A DNA stretch of 64,000 nt from Octopus sinensis (Eukaryota): NCBI RefSeq assembly GCF_006345805.1, contig NC_043005.1, positions 48,546,001-48,610,000 on the forward strand, given 5' to 3'. The translations under genes were made by a program, and so were the position numbers. The notes beneath the pieces were generated by a model. It worked only from the letters and a program-made list of their open reading frames with translations. It was not told the DNA's origin and did no database searches. Of this stretch, positions 13,535-26,712 are shown in pieces; position 1 is the first letter of the stretch, and the number at the start of each line of letters is the position of its first letter.

Positions 13535-14223
13535 CATATCGATCCATTTCTCGACAATACTGTAACTTGCAATGAAAAGTGGATTCTGTAGAATAATAAA
13601 AAAAAAACGTTCTTCGCAGTAGTTGGACCAAGATGAAGCACCGAAAATCTTCCCTAAACGCGGGCTCTTCAAAAAGAAGGTTACGGTGACTATTTGGTGG
13701 TATACTGCAGGACTCATCTACTATAACTTCTTAAAACCCAGAAAAACCATTACTGCAGAAACATATTGCCATGAAATTGCCAATATGAATGAAAAACTGC
13801 TACTCCTCCATTCTAGACTGGTCAACAGAAGAGGGTCAATCATTCTTCATGACAATGCTCGATGACATGTTTCACTAATGACGCTCCAGAATTTGAGAGA
13901 ACTTGGCTACGAAGTTCTTCCTCGCCCAGCTTATTACCCAGAGCTTTCTCCTACCGACTATCTCTTTTTCAAGCACCTTGGTGTTTTCGCGCGAGAGAAG
14001 GAGCAAAAAATCAAACCGATACTGAAAATGCGTTCAAAGAGTTTATCAGCTCCAGAACTCCAGATTTTTATGTTACCAGAATAAACACACTCGTAACTCA
14101 TTGGCAAAAACGTGTTGATTGTAATGGTACTTACTTTGATGAATAACATTTCCACATTGTTAAAGTATAATTGCGATGAATTTCGTGTTTCAAAACGTTG
14201 CTTACTTTTTACTCAGACTGATA
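13535..14223 (+). pseudogene. Mariner transposase pseudogene, 3' half with right TIR remnant
   Basis: DPFLDNTVTCNEKWIL, KKVTVTIWW, IILHDNAR, YEVLPRPAYYPELSPTDYLFFKHL and HWQKRVDCNGTYFDE, with stops and frameshifts. Confidence 0.93.
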
Positions 14224-14909
14224 TATCGCGTAGCCTGATTGCAGGTGTTCTAGTAGGTCTTTTAGAATATCAAAGATTATATATCAGTTATTTAAGCGGG
14301 TAGGGTATTATTTGAGGAAGGTTTAGTTGTTATCTCAAACAAGTAAGACTACGTAGAGGCCACGTCACTGATTCAATTAAGATATAATACACAACTGCAT
14401 AGAAATGCCTGGCACGAGGAGAGTACATCTACATGGTTACTCATCTTGCTAGACATTATAACCAAATCACCCTCAAACACATACTACAGTGTTAAAAAAT
14501 AGCATAGAGCAAAATTCCATGTCTTTAGATATTCAAAAACACTGGAAGATCACAGCAAAAACGCTTATCATCAGTGAAGCATCAAACAACATAGGCCTAG
14601 AGGATGACAAAAACTTTGGGGAAGCAGTTGAAATCTGCCAAAACTAAAAACACTGTTCAATAAAATTGTCTATCAAAATGAAATTGATTGCCTTCTGTCT
14701 TCATAAAAAAATAATATTTCCTACTTGGTGCAAAGACATTTCGTAATTATCGGCTTCAGTGAAATTCTAAAACAAAACGTCAAAGAGCGGCGAAATTTAG
14801 TATCGAAGCCGACACATTATTGTTTGAGAACCCTTTTATCATTATCATTTTTATACTTATTATTACTATTATTGTTGTTGTTGTTGTTGTTGTTATTATT
14901 ATTATTATT

Positions 14910-15110
14910 AGAATTGCTAGCGCGCTGGGTGAAATGCGTATCGGCATTTCGCCCGTCGCTACGTTCTGAGCTCAAATTCCGCCGAAGTCAACTTTGCCTT
15001 TTATCCGTTCGGGGTCGATAAATTAAGTACCAGTAAAACACTGGGGTCGATGTAATCCACTAGTCCCCTCCCCAACAATTTCAGACCTTGTGTCTATAGT
15101 AGAAAAGATT
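14910..15110 (+). mobile_element. Meta/MESC-core SINE
   Basis: CAAATTCCGCCGAAGTCAACTTTGCCTTTTATCCGTTCGGGGTCGATAAATTAAGTACCAG core and (ATT)n tail. Confidence 0.85.
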
Positions 15111-15120
15111 ATTATTATTA

Positions 15121-15207
<87 letters not shown>

Positions 15208-15224
15208 TTCATTATTATCATTAA

Positions 15225-15400
15225 TGCAGCGAGTTGACTGAGTCGTTAGCACGCCAAACAAAATGCGCTTAGCGGTATTTGATCCGTCTTCGTTCAAATT
15301 CCGCCGAGATAGACTTTGCCCTTCATCCTTTCCGGGAAAGATAAAATAAGCACCGGTTGAATACTGAAATCGATGTAATCGACTTTTTTCGATTTTCCAC
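15225..15400 (+). mobile_element. Meta/MESC-core SINE
   Basis: GCAGCGAGTTGACTGAGTCGTTAGC head, GTTCAAATTCC B box and GACTTTGCCCTTCATCCTTTCC core. Confidence 0.75.
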
Positions 15401-15403
15401 CCA

Positions 15404-15497
<94 letters not shown>

Positions 15498-16121
15498 TGT
15501 GTGTGTGCGCGTGTGTTGTGTGTGTGTGTGTGTGTGTGTGTGTGCTTAATGCATACTATATCAACACCAGACGGGCTCGGATTACCATAGATGATTGTAC
15601 TGGATTTTTTAAGAATAAGTAAATCGAATTAAGAATCGATTACAATGAATGAAAGGTTAAATTGCTGATATTTATTTTTATCTTTGCCGTATGTAGTCTT
15701 TGCATCTAATGTACTAAATGTATGTTTACTTAGGATTGTATCAGGTTATTTGACAATTTACAAAACATCTTAATGTTTTACATCCTTTCATAATTTTGCA
15801 ACAAACATCACTGACGGCAAAGAATGCTCATTAAAAAAATTCGTTCCACCATTCAGTGACGTTTAAGTTGTCGGTGAAGAAATCGAGATAGACGACAAGG
15901 TAACTGAGACTGAGAGGATGAATTTGAGGCTGACAATGATGAATTTGAGGTTGACATTGATGAGACTGCTTTTGTTGATGACTAATCAGAGGCTAGACCA
16001 TGTCCACACGCATATATAGATTGTATAATTGTATATATGTATGTCTGTGTGTACATAAACATAAATAGAAAGATAGATAGATATATATACGTATACTTAT
16101 ATAGATATCACTATAGCTATT

Positions 16122-16210
<89 letters not shown>

Positions 16211-16477
16211 AAGAGATATATGGATACAGAGAGAGAGGGGGGAAGAGATAGATGGATAAATAGATACATACATACATGCATACATACATACATAAGCAAT
16301 GAATATGAAAGTGAGTAATTGGTACTCTATTGATCGATAAATAACGACTTAGAATAGAATGATTGGTCTTAATTCTGGCTAATATTGACGTACCATCCAT
16401 ATATGTTAGGCTGTATACGAACGATACGTGAGCCGAGATTTCATATGGCAACAAATACATACATAGGTACATATATA

Positions 16478-16523
<46 letters not shown>

Positions 16524-16853
16524 ATATTTATGTATTTTTATAATATATATATCATAAATTTTTATTATGCATATATCTTACATACATACCACCTTTAATT
16601 GCGTGTTACATATGTTTCCTTATAAGATAGGAGTTACACAATATGTAGTATAGAATCCCCTATCCGTAATTATTCAGACAAAGATTAAAAAATCTATATA
16701 CATTGAATAAATGTGAAGATGTAGATGTGCTTCACGAAGACACAGCTTAAATTATAAACCTTTATATACCCTATATAGGTACACACACACACACACAAAC
16801 ATATGCACAAACATACACACACACATACACACACACACACCACACATCTATAT

Positions 16854-16898
<45 letters not shown>

Positions 16899-16917
16899 TA
16901 AACGATAAACGTCGCCT

Positions 16918-17200
16918 TTTCAAGCCTAGCTAGGCTCATGGGCCCGGTTTCCCGGATTCTGTGGCGTATGCGTTCCCCCCCCCCAGCTGGACGGGACGCC
17001 AGTCCATTGCATCGTTACTCAAGGAACAAGAAGAAAGAGGGAGAGAAAGTTATGGCGAAAGAGTGCAACAGGGGTCGCCACCACCTCCTGCCGGAGCGTC
17101 GTGGAACTGTTAGGCGTTTTTGCTCAATAAACACACACAACGCCCGGTCTGGGAATCGAAACGCGAGTCCGCTGCCCTAACCACTGAGCCATTGCGCCTC

Positions 17201-17201
<1 letters not shown>
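16918..17201 (-). mobile_element. tRNA-derived SINE (V-domain-like block)
   Basis: Head GGAGGCGCAATGGCTCAGTGGTTAGGGCAGCGG and block GCAATGGACTGGCGTCCCGTCCAGC. Related to 45345-45592. Confidence 0.8.
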
Positions 17202-17256
<55 letters not shown>

Positions 17257-17804
17257 AAAAGAGATACATATGTGTACGTGTACCGGTGCGTGCATTTGTT
17301 TGTGTGTGCGCGCATGCACGTGTGTGTGCGCGCATGCACGTGTGTGTGCGCGCATGCACGTGTGTGTGGTGTGTGTTGTGTGTGTGTGTGTTGTAAGAAT
17401 ATGCTTTAGGTTCTAGTGGTAGATTGATAGAAATTTATCTGAACAAGATATAAGTCAAAAGCCAGTGATTTGTGCTAGTTACGACCTACTTAAATTGATG
17501 TGGTTCTCTGTGTTTTTCTCACAAAATAAATCAATGCACGCCAAATTACTGTTTTACTATCGTCTTCATATCAAGCTTTTGAATAGATGATCATCGCTGA
17601 ACGAACACTTAAGGAAATCCGTTCAGCTGAAAATACAAAAATACTCTGAAAAAAATATTAGCAATCATTGGTAATTTTTCCATCAACTCTGAGATTGACC
17701 GTATCTGTAAAGGAGACAAGATTGCTCAGTCATGTTGTTTTTCTAGTTGTTGTTAGTGGTCGTGGTGGTGGCCGTCGTAGTGGTTGTAGCAGTTGCAATG
17801 TTGT

Positions 17805-18300
17805 TTAGCAGCAAGTCAATCTTGACTGAGAAAAAAAACCAATGATCAACGGCTTTCCAGCCGTCACCATCCCGTTTCATTTGACATAAGTATGACTCTC
17901 CACGCCCCATATATATTTTTTTAATTTGCTTATGACGCTGGAACTCGATTCGAAGGATATTTCGCTGCTTTTTCTTGGGATGAGTGAGCTACCATCATGT
18001 AGTGACTACCACGATTGGCTTAAGGTCGATTTAGTTGTTAATTTCAGCAGGTCGAATGCTCTTGTAAAGACACCTCTTCGTTGTTAATCTCGTTGTTTTT
18101 AATCCCTCGACAACGCTAAATGAGTAGATTTATGATCAGAGACTTTCCATCCGTGACTGTGCGGTCTTCTCCCTATGTACAATGAACCCAGGACGGCATT
18201 ATCTAACGTGAACCGTTTTGAAGATGGTAGTGATGTGATTGCTGGATGATTTTGCTGCTACTTCTTGCGGGTCGAGCAACCGCATAGCGGCTTCCACGTA
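17805..18300 (-). mobile_element. Cluster of old, degenerate SINE-like repeats (CTAGAAATAGCAGCCAAATCTC family)
   Basis: Repeated GATTT..GCTGCT.TTTCT.GC.G blocks. Related copies at about 4570-4770, 18460-18610, 34700-34930 and 61110-61310. Confidence 0.5.
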
Positions 18301-20319
18301 ACCTCATGAAGCGAGTTCAAATATTTCAAGTGTCATATGACGTCACATAAACATTATCTGCTATATAACCAACTACAAATTAACATATAAACCAATGAAC
18401 TTCTGAAAAGTCTTCCAAAATATGAAGATATCAAAAATGTCAAATGGCCGAGTTGATAGCGCATTGTAAAACGAGTACGACATCCTGGAAATAGCAGCCA
18501 AATCTCCCGCAAGTCATACCTTCCTCTGATAATGTAATTCTAGAAACAAAAACAAATTGTAAACAATGGGATTGCCACGGATGGAATACTTTTGGTTATA
18601 GGTCTACTTTAACTTTACCGTAGTGAACCTCCGGCTAAACGAAAGCAAATTCTGCCATAGGTTTAGGCAAGCTAATTCGAGAAGCGGGCCGCATGCAACA
18701 TGGTTCATTATCAGGCGAACCGCACGACTAAAAAAAATTCAAAGTAATTTTTCGTTAAGTGTACCATTGAGAAATGGTACCAGCATGCAACTAGCAGGTT
18801 GGAGTTTGCCCATGAGTGATCTACAGCAAAAACAACAGCGTCGGTGATTTTAAAATATGTGTCTCGTATCTTGTTGCCTCTGTTGCATTGCGTCCATGAC
18901 AAAGATATCTACACCTAATGAGTTCAGTCCACAAGATGGAATGGTAAATATCAGTTGAACTGCAAAATCAGTTGATGTTTCGTAAGCGGATTGTGCTAAT
19001 TTTACGTTTTCTTCGAGTCACTAATTAACAATCGGCCAACATCTTTAGTAATGAAAATCAAAGCAGCCCAGTCCACCTAACTGCTAGTTGGTACCACAAG
19101 GTGGAATGGTAAATATCAGTTCAACTGTAAAATCAGTCGATGTTTCGGTCGACATCTTTAGTACTGAAAACAGTTGAAATAACTGGCTGTACCTCCTACT
19201 TGACTCAGTCATTGGACGGCAGTCATACAGGTGGTACTGCATTTAGTGGAATAAATCAGCCCCCAGCATTGGTGTTTATTTTGTCGGCTACTTTTTCCGA
19301 AAAAGTAATCGAATCCACAAATGTGCTGGAACGTAAACAAACTAATACCGCCTGGCAAACAATTGAGGGAACATACGCAAACACAAATACTCATACACAC
19401 GAATACACATGACAACTATGTGTGCGTGATTGGATGTATGTATGTGTGTATGTATGTCGGACTTCTGCACAGTTTTCGTCCACTGAAATCACTCTCAAAG
19501 AATTAGTCGGACTACGGTACCGCGCAGTGGGATCAAACCCAGAACCATAAAGCTGCAAAGTGAGTTTCTTTGCCACACAGCCATATCGGTGCCGAAGATT
19601 TCACCTCTTCTTCGTATTTTTAACCGGAAGTGAATTCGGTGCTGTATAATTTCATGTATAAATCAATAACATTGATTAACGCCAATTAACATATTCGGTA
19701 ATGAATACGGTTGAAATAACTACCGACCGTATTTTCCGTCATAAAAGTCAATGTAGCATATACAGTAAACATGTAGTGTAAACATTCAAACATTGTCACT
19801 ATCTTTCCTGATATTTTTCACATGGATGTTTTAATCCACCAAAGTCATCTTCATATATGAGTCGATCTACCTTTTTCCGCAGGAAATTTTCGTCTGTTTA
19901 ATTCCACTTGCATTCCGGAAAATACGATATATCGATTGTTAATTGGTGTATCTTTAAAAAAGAGAAATCGTAAAATGACGTCTGTGTGTTCTAGAGCGTC
20001 TGGTCTGAAGTGCTTACTGTGTGATTTCAGAAATATTCCCCAGCATTTTCGGACAATACTTTGTATGTTGATTTAACTATAAATGTATGTATTTAAAAAT
20101 GGAAAGGGCCATCTACATATAACAATTAACTAGCCGAGCTATAGAAAAGAGAGTCAGCATTCATTGACAAGGTTGCAAATGCAACGAAAATGTTGAAAGA
20201 CAAATTATAAATAATGAATGGAAATCGAACCGGTGAGTGTGTTAGATAATTAGGCATTCAGACAATATGACTCTCCCCAGACACAACACAAAGGAAATAT
20301 ATTAGATTGATCAAGTAGG

Positions 20320-20355
<36 letters not shown>

Positions 20356-20386
20356 CAAACAAGCAAGCAGGTAGGCAAGCAGGCAA

Positions 20387-20419
<33 letters not shown>

Positions 20420-20452
20420 TAGACAGATAGATAGATAGATAGATAGATAGAT

Positions 20453-20501
<49 letters not shown>

Positions 20502-20994
20502 TAGAGAGGTAGATAGACAGACAGACAGATACACAGACAGACAGATAGCTAGAAAGGCGCACGAACAGACAGATAAAATGAGATACACACAAATATACAT
20601 AGACATATGTATATATACTATACTTAAGTACTACAGAATGCAGTTATAGAGTTTTAGTCGACACAGTACAGACAGACGTAAGCACGTTTAGAATATGTTC
20701 ATGGTCAGAAACAGAGGAATCAGTCGGACTAATTTCAGCTCTGTCTACTTTCTTCGATTGTCCAAAGAAACACTGCCTGTAAGCCAATTAATTACTAATC
20801 GGGGAGATTGATTTGCTTATCGTTCTTAACCAATAGCTTAATTTAAAAAGTATTAAGAAATCAGAGCAGCGTTTTCAGTATTTTGCCTTAATACTACACG
20901 CTACTACAAACTATATCGCTCAAATGTGGTTATGCTTTTCGTAATATAGTGTATGTAATCAATGTTTCCGTTAACAGTTAAGTAGACTGCACAG

Positions 20995-21034
20995 TTGCTG
21001 ATGAAGACTCAACATAGGATAGAAACTATTCCGG
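20995..21034 (+). ncRNA. Degenerate type I hammerhead-like motif
   Basis: TTG CTGATGA agactcaacataggata GAAA CTATTC CGG. Stems are weak, and stem III is one change from palindromic ACTAGT. Confidence 0.3.
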
Positions 21035-21331
21035 ATGATGTTGCTTCTGTCCATGAGCATATTGTGTATAAAGACAAGATACTTACATCAGGATGTACTT
21101 AGAATGTTTACCAAAACCAATAGATAGATTACTGCCATGCAATACAGTACTGAAACACAACGCCAATAATTTTTACATTTATATGTGCATTTATGTCTCA
21201 GTGCGTGTGCGCATGTGTTTATATGAATGTGTGAGTTTGTGTGTGCGTGTATGTAACGTATTCCGAGAGTTTCATGCATACCACTTATCCCTCGCACACA
21301 ACTACAGCACATACACACACACTCATAAACA

Positions 21332-21378
<47 letters not shown>

Positions 21379-21769
21379 ATAGATAAAGAGAGAGAGAGAT
21401 GCATAAATATATATATATGTGTGTGTGCGTGTATGTGTGTGTTGTTGTTGTTGTTGCGGTTATTGTGTATGTGTGTTTAGCCTAACGGCCCTTAATGTTT
21501 TCTTCGACGATTGTTTACTTCGTACGTCCACTCTGTTGATGTTTGCCTATTCGAAGCCCTAGCTCCCCACAAATTTTATATTTCTTAAAATTTCTGGATG
21601 CTGCTGTCTTATGAAATTTTCCTATCTTGTCGTAGAAAGCACGAAATAGGGAGAAGTAAAACAGTCGACAATTGACGAGCGAGTTATCTTATTTTGGTAT
21701 TTTGTACTGTATTTATCTCTCGTGTGATTACGTATTTTTTCTCGTTGGTGATGTCTTGTACTTAATGTG

Positions 21770-21829
<60 letters not shown>

Positions 21830-21833
<4 letters not shown>

Positions 21834-21992
21834 ACAGGCATCTTTCAGTTTCCGTCTACCAAATCCACTCACAAGATTTTGGTCGGCCCGACACTATATT
21901 AGAAGACACTTGACCAAAGTGCCACTCAGTGGTACAGACCCCAGAACCATGTGGTTGGAAAGCAAAGGTCTTAATACATAGCCATATCTGCA
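21830..21992 (-). mobile_element. OR-like SINE 5' part
   Basis: TCTACCAAATCCACTCACAAG...CCCAGAACCATGTGGTTGG. Confidence 0.75.
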
Positions 21993-22568
21993 CCAATATA
22001 TATAAGCGTGTATGTATGTGTGTGTGTGTGTGTGTGGTGTGTGTGTGTGTGTGTATGTATGCATGTGTGAGTGTATACACATATATATATATATCAAACT
22101 AAGCGACATATTTAAAATAAATACATCATTCAAAGCCTCATAAACGGCAGTATTCAGCAAGTTATTTACATGAGGTATGATACACAGATTGCTACTTTGA
22201 ACTAATACACCTCTATTATTCATAACATACACACGTACATACGTACATACACACACATGCACACACAAATACATATGTATACATACATAAATACATATAT
22301 AGAAACATACATGTATACATAGATGTATGCATACATGCATACATGCATACATACATATAACTACACATAAATGTGTGTATAAATTTATATATACTGTTTA
22401 TACATCAAATGCTGTTTTTACTGAGATCTCCCTTTTTAGTAGAAGAAATAGCTATAACCCTTTGACTGCTATTTCTAAATTCGGTATGTGGTAAGGCAAC
22501 TCGTTGCTAAACCCTTATTGCTTAGTATATATATATACATATATATTTAGATAGATAGATAGATAGAT

Positions 22569-22671
<103 letters not shown>

Positions 22672-23436
22672 ATACGTAGGTAGGTAGGTAGGTAGGTAGG
22701 TAGGTATATATGCGCTATGTATGTGTATGTGTTACTGTGTGTGCATGTGTGTGTGTTCGTGTGTCTGTGAGTGAGTGCATGTATCGCATTGCGTTTCTTG
22801 TAACGGAACACTCCACAGCGAGTATTATATAATGATATCAAACGAAACGATGATTCTTACTCAAGAACACGTTTGTAAACGTGCAACCTCATATCAGCTC
22901 TGGATAGACAGTTTGTATACGTCGTAGTAAGTCACCCCAACAAATCTGCTGCAAAAAATCAATTGCTGGTTTGGGCTATGACTTACGTTAGAAAAGTGTA
23001 GAGTTTAACTGCTAATTCTAGCAGAGATAGACTGAGGAAGGAGAAAGGGAGAAGGAGAGACAGGGAGAGAATGGGGTAGGTGAGATGAGAAGACTTAATG
23101 GCTTACAACAGCGTCAAAACATGTTGCAGTTGCTCTCTTACGAACCAAATATAAAATATTAACTAGAAAAACCCATTGAAACTCTCTGTAAGCACAAATA
23201 TTCTTTATTCTTACACAGATACATGTATACGTGCACAGATACGCACTGAAACATGTGTATGTGTGTGTGTGTGTACATACATGTACATACACATATATAT
23301 GTATGTGTGTGTGTATACATACATATATATATGTATATACATATATAGATATATGTATACATATATATATATATATATGTATACAGGTATCATATATGTA
23401 TATAAATATATATATAATATATATAATATATATATA

Positions 23437-23475
<39 letters not shown>

Positions 23476-23496
23476 TCATATATATGTATATACACG

Positions 23497-23528
<32 letters not shown>

Positions 23529-23642
23529 ATATATATATAATAATATAATATATATAATATATATATAAACCGGACATCAAACATTAAGACAAGGCAAATA
23601 TCTCAAGTCATATACAATATTATTATCGGAAGAAATTCAAAA

Positions 23643-23697
23643 TCTTACAGCTGTTTCTGGGATATCCCAGAGTATTGGGATATTCCGTCATCAGAAA
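23643..23697 (-). ncRNA. Type I hammerhead ribozyme, canonical core
   Basis: TTT CTGATGA CGGAATATCCCA atactc TGGGATATCCCA GAAA CAGCT GTA AGA. Stem III is palindromic ACAGCTGT and the cleavage triplet is GUA. Confidence 0.85.
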
Positions 23698-23913
23698 CAA
23701 AAAGGGGGGAAAATATGGAAAATGGGAATGGTATATATCAATAAGATGACAACATAGAGGAAGGGAGTAGAAGAAAAGTTCAACTTTTCGAATTTACAGA
23801 AACCAGAGCATAAGTCCTTAGCTGCAATCCTGCTTCTGTTTTTCTTATCTCTTTCCATCTCCTTATTCTTTTACATAGTCACATCCTCATTTTCCATATT
23901 TTTCCCCAATTTG

Positions 23914-23967
23914 TCTCTGATGATGGAATATCCCATACTCGGGCATATCCCAGAAACAGCTGTAAGA
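23914..23967 (+). ncRNA. Type I hammerhead ribozyme, canonical core
   Basis: TCT CTGATGA TGGAATATCCC atactc GGGCATATCCCA GAAA CAGCT GTA AGA. Stem I is TCT/AGA, with predicted cleavage after 23964. Confidence 0.88.
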
Positions 23968-24348
23968 TTTTGAATTTCTTCCTATAATGATATTGTATAT
24001 GACTTGAGATGTTTGCCTCGCCTTAATGTTTGACGTCCTGTTTAACAATTATATATCTGTTGCATCGGAAATCCGCAATGGCTTCATAACTATCGTCTCG
24101 GCTATAACGTTGGAGCCCCAGTAATCCGTTACAGAACTTACCTAGCGTACTGTGGGCACACACTCGTGCTTGCATGTATAGATGATGACGATTATCATCA
24201 TTGTTGTTGTTGTTGTTATTATTATTATTCTAATTATTATTCAGTAGTCTTATTTTTATCACTGTGGTTTGTGACGCTCTTATTTTTACTGTATTGAAAG
24301 TGTTTTACGTAGAGTGTGTGCGGTGCCTAGTAGTGCTATTTTCTGTAT

Positions 24349-24399
<51 letters not shown>

Positions 24400-24406
24400 T
24401 AGCACT

Positions 24407-24468
<62 letters not shown>

Positions 24469-24795
24469 GTTGTTGTTGTTGTTAGTATTATCATGAATCG
24501 TTAGCACGCCGGTCACAATGCTTACCGGTATTTTGTCCGTCTTTACGTTCCGAGTTCAAATTCCTAGCAGCTGTTTTAAGCAGATCAGAATCGTACATTT
24601 TTGTCTTTTTTTTTGTTTGTTTGTTTGTTTTGAGTTTCCTGAGCAAGTGCTGCACAAGCTTCCCCTGCCCCTCCTCACTCCGACACAATAGCCCAGTGGC
24701 AACTTAAATTCAAATTAATTGGCATGAGATAGCCCAAAAGCTGAAAGGATGCCCAAACCTCGCACAACCAGGTACCTTGGTCAGTAAGGTAAGGT

Positions 24796-25128
24796 AAAGG
24801 TAAAGACATCCCTTGGTCATGAAGGACCATAAGAGTACACATAGAAAGTTACTCTCCGAGGCACAAGTCCGGACAAGGTTGTTTATGGAAGCCCAGCAGT
24901 CGCCCGTGCATACCAGCCTCCCCTCTCCACACCACTGAAGATATCCAAGGCAAAGGCCGATACAGCTTGACACCAGTGACGTCGCAACTCATTTCTACAG
25001 CTGAGTGAACTGGAGTAACGTGAAATAAAGTGCCTTGCTCAAGAACACAACATACAGCCCAGACAAGGAACAGAACTCTCTACCTCATGATTGTGAGCCC
25101 GACCCTCTAACCACTGAACCATGCACCT
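24796..25128 (-). mobile_element. tRNA-derived SINE with CORE-like block
   Basis: Head GGTGCATGGTTCAGTGGTTAGAGGGTCGG and CORE-like TGTGTTCTTGAGCAAGGCACTTTATTTCAC. Body shared with 39490-39783; (CCTTA)n-like tail. Confidence 0.8.
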
Positions 25129-25732
25129 TGGTGAATGATCTAGACCACAAAGCATCATATGAGTTATGTGATTACCAGAGCTACGTGACTACCATATTGC
25201 CGCCAATTCCGAAACTGTGGAGTTGAAGAATATGCATTTTTTCATACCTCGTTTAAATGAACTGCAAACATACCATTAACCATTCACACCCATACGTATG
25301 TTTGTGTGAATACGTACGTATGCTTTGTTGGATGATTGTTGACTTTCCAGTTTATTCGTCCATTGACAGATCTTGCATTTCATCCTGCACAAGCTTAGCG
25401 TGGTTGTCAGTTTAGGTGCTGATGGCCCTATCAGCCACAAGTTTTATTAGTAGTGTTGCACGTGATGCGACCTACATCAATATGTATGTTTGTACATACA
25501 CGGGCACACGCACGCACGCACACATACACACATGCATATACTCTAATATCGAAAAGTGAGAAAGAGCGCTCAATACCGTATTGGTAGATAAAATATTCTT
25601 TTATTTGTGTGTTAACAAGGCTACTAACGGTTTCATGTACTGAGAAATCTTTCAACAGTTAGCAAACCGGTTACCCTGCCATATAGAAATGTTAGTATTC
25701 GTCTCCACCTTTAATGAGATATATATACAAAG

Positions 25733-26119
25733 AGTAAATGTAAGGATAAGCAAGTTAGGCAAATCGATATACAAAATATATTAAATACATTTAATACAAA
25801 GAATGTACATATGTTTATATATAAAAAGGTCCGACTTACACAGATCATTAATCTTTTTTCTCTCAACACCTCAAATGTAAAATTCTTCCCTGAAGACGGA
25901 GGCTGGTCTTATCTGATGATGGAATCAATTTACAATCATTATCTTGGGCCGCCAAGCCCCACAGAAACAGCTGTTGGATTCTTATTCAACCCCTTTAATT
26001 CCTGGTATCATTTCTATTCTCTTTTTATATGTAAACATATGTAAATTTTTTTCTGTATTAAATGCATTTAATATTTTTTGTACATCAACTTGCCTAACTT
26101 GCTTATCCTTACATTTACT
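25733..26119 (+). mobile_element. HHR-bearing element with inverted terminal arms
   Basis: 25733-25828 (AGTAAATGTAAGGATAAGCAAGTTAGGCAA...) is the diverged reverse complement of about 26021-26119. The HHR lies between the arms. Confidence 0.85.
25887..25978 (+). ncRNA. Type I hammerhead ribozyme with long stem II
   Basis: TCC CTGAAGA [GGCT/AGCC, GGTCT/GGGCC, TGATGAT/ATCATTA helices] GAAA CAGCT GTT GGA. Palindromic stem III, triplet GUU. Confidence 0.78.
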
Positions 26120-26286
26120 CTTCTACTTGCTCAAGTTTAAATCTCTCGAGCACTATGAAGTGTATCCTATACACAGAATATCTGTCTCTCATATATATTT
26201 GTGTGTGTATGTGTGTTTGTTTGTGTGTGTGTATAGACACACACATATATGTATATATGTATATATATATATATAATATATATATA

Positions 26287-26352
<66 letters not shown>

Positions 26353-26353
<1 letters not shown>

Positions 26354-26432
26354 CTCGACATATGTTTCGAAGACAGCATGTTTTCATTCCAAAGGAATAA
26401 AGGGTGCATTATGCAATCTTCTCATCAGGAAA
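26353..26432 (-). ncRNA. Type I hammerhead ribozyme, canonical core, in the 3' region of a PLE
   Basis: TTTC CTGATGA GAAGA ttGCAT...TTATTCCtttGGAATGA...ATGCtg TCTTC GAAA CATAT GTC GAGA. Palindromic ACATATGT and GUC triplet, about 280 nt downstream of the GIY-YIG remnant on the same strand. Confidence 0.92.
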
Positions 26433-26712
26433 GCAAAGGAGCCTCTCTCGACAACAAGACAAACAAAAATTTCGATGATTGCCTACATGGTAAACAAAGC
26501 GATAATGAGTGCTTTTTTTAAAAAACCGTTAGAAGAATTGACGTCAAAGTTAGATAGTAGGAAGAGAAGGGATAAAGGAATAATAGGTAGGGAACAAGTG
26601 GAGAGGGAAGGGTACGTTGATTGAAAGAATGTTCGAAGGCTTAGGAAAGAATTTCTCTATAGAAGTGGGGTGGACGTAAAGCTAATTGTTCAAACCACAG
26701 TGACTATCGTTG

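Larger units (their letters stand above)
23566..24044. mobile_element. Head-to-head inverted duplication of a PLE pseudo-LTR-like segment, HHR in each arm
   Basis: Arms 23566-23730 and 23882-24044 are diverged reverse complements with a spacer of about 150 bp. The left end abuts (TA)n. Confidence 0.9.

Noticed and set aside
15917-15965. 21-bp tandem repeat GATGAATTTGAGGYTGACAWT
   Set aside because: About two copies only; ordinary slippage duplication.
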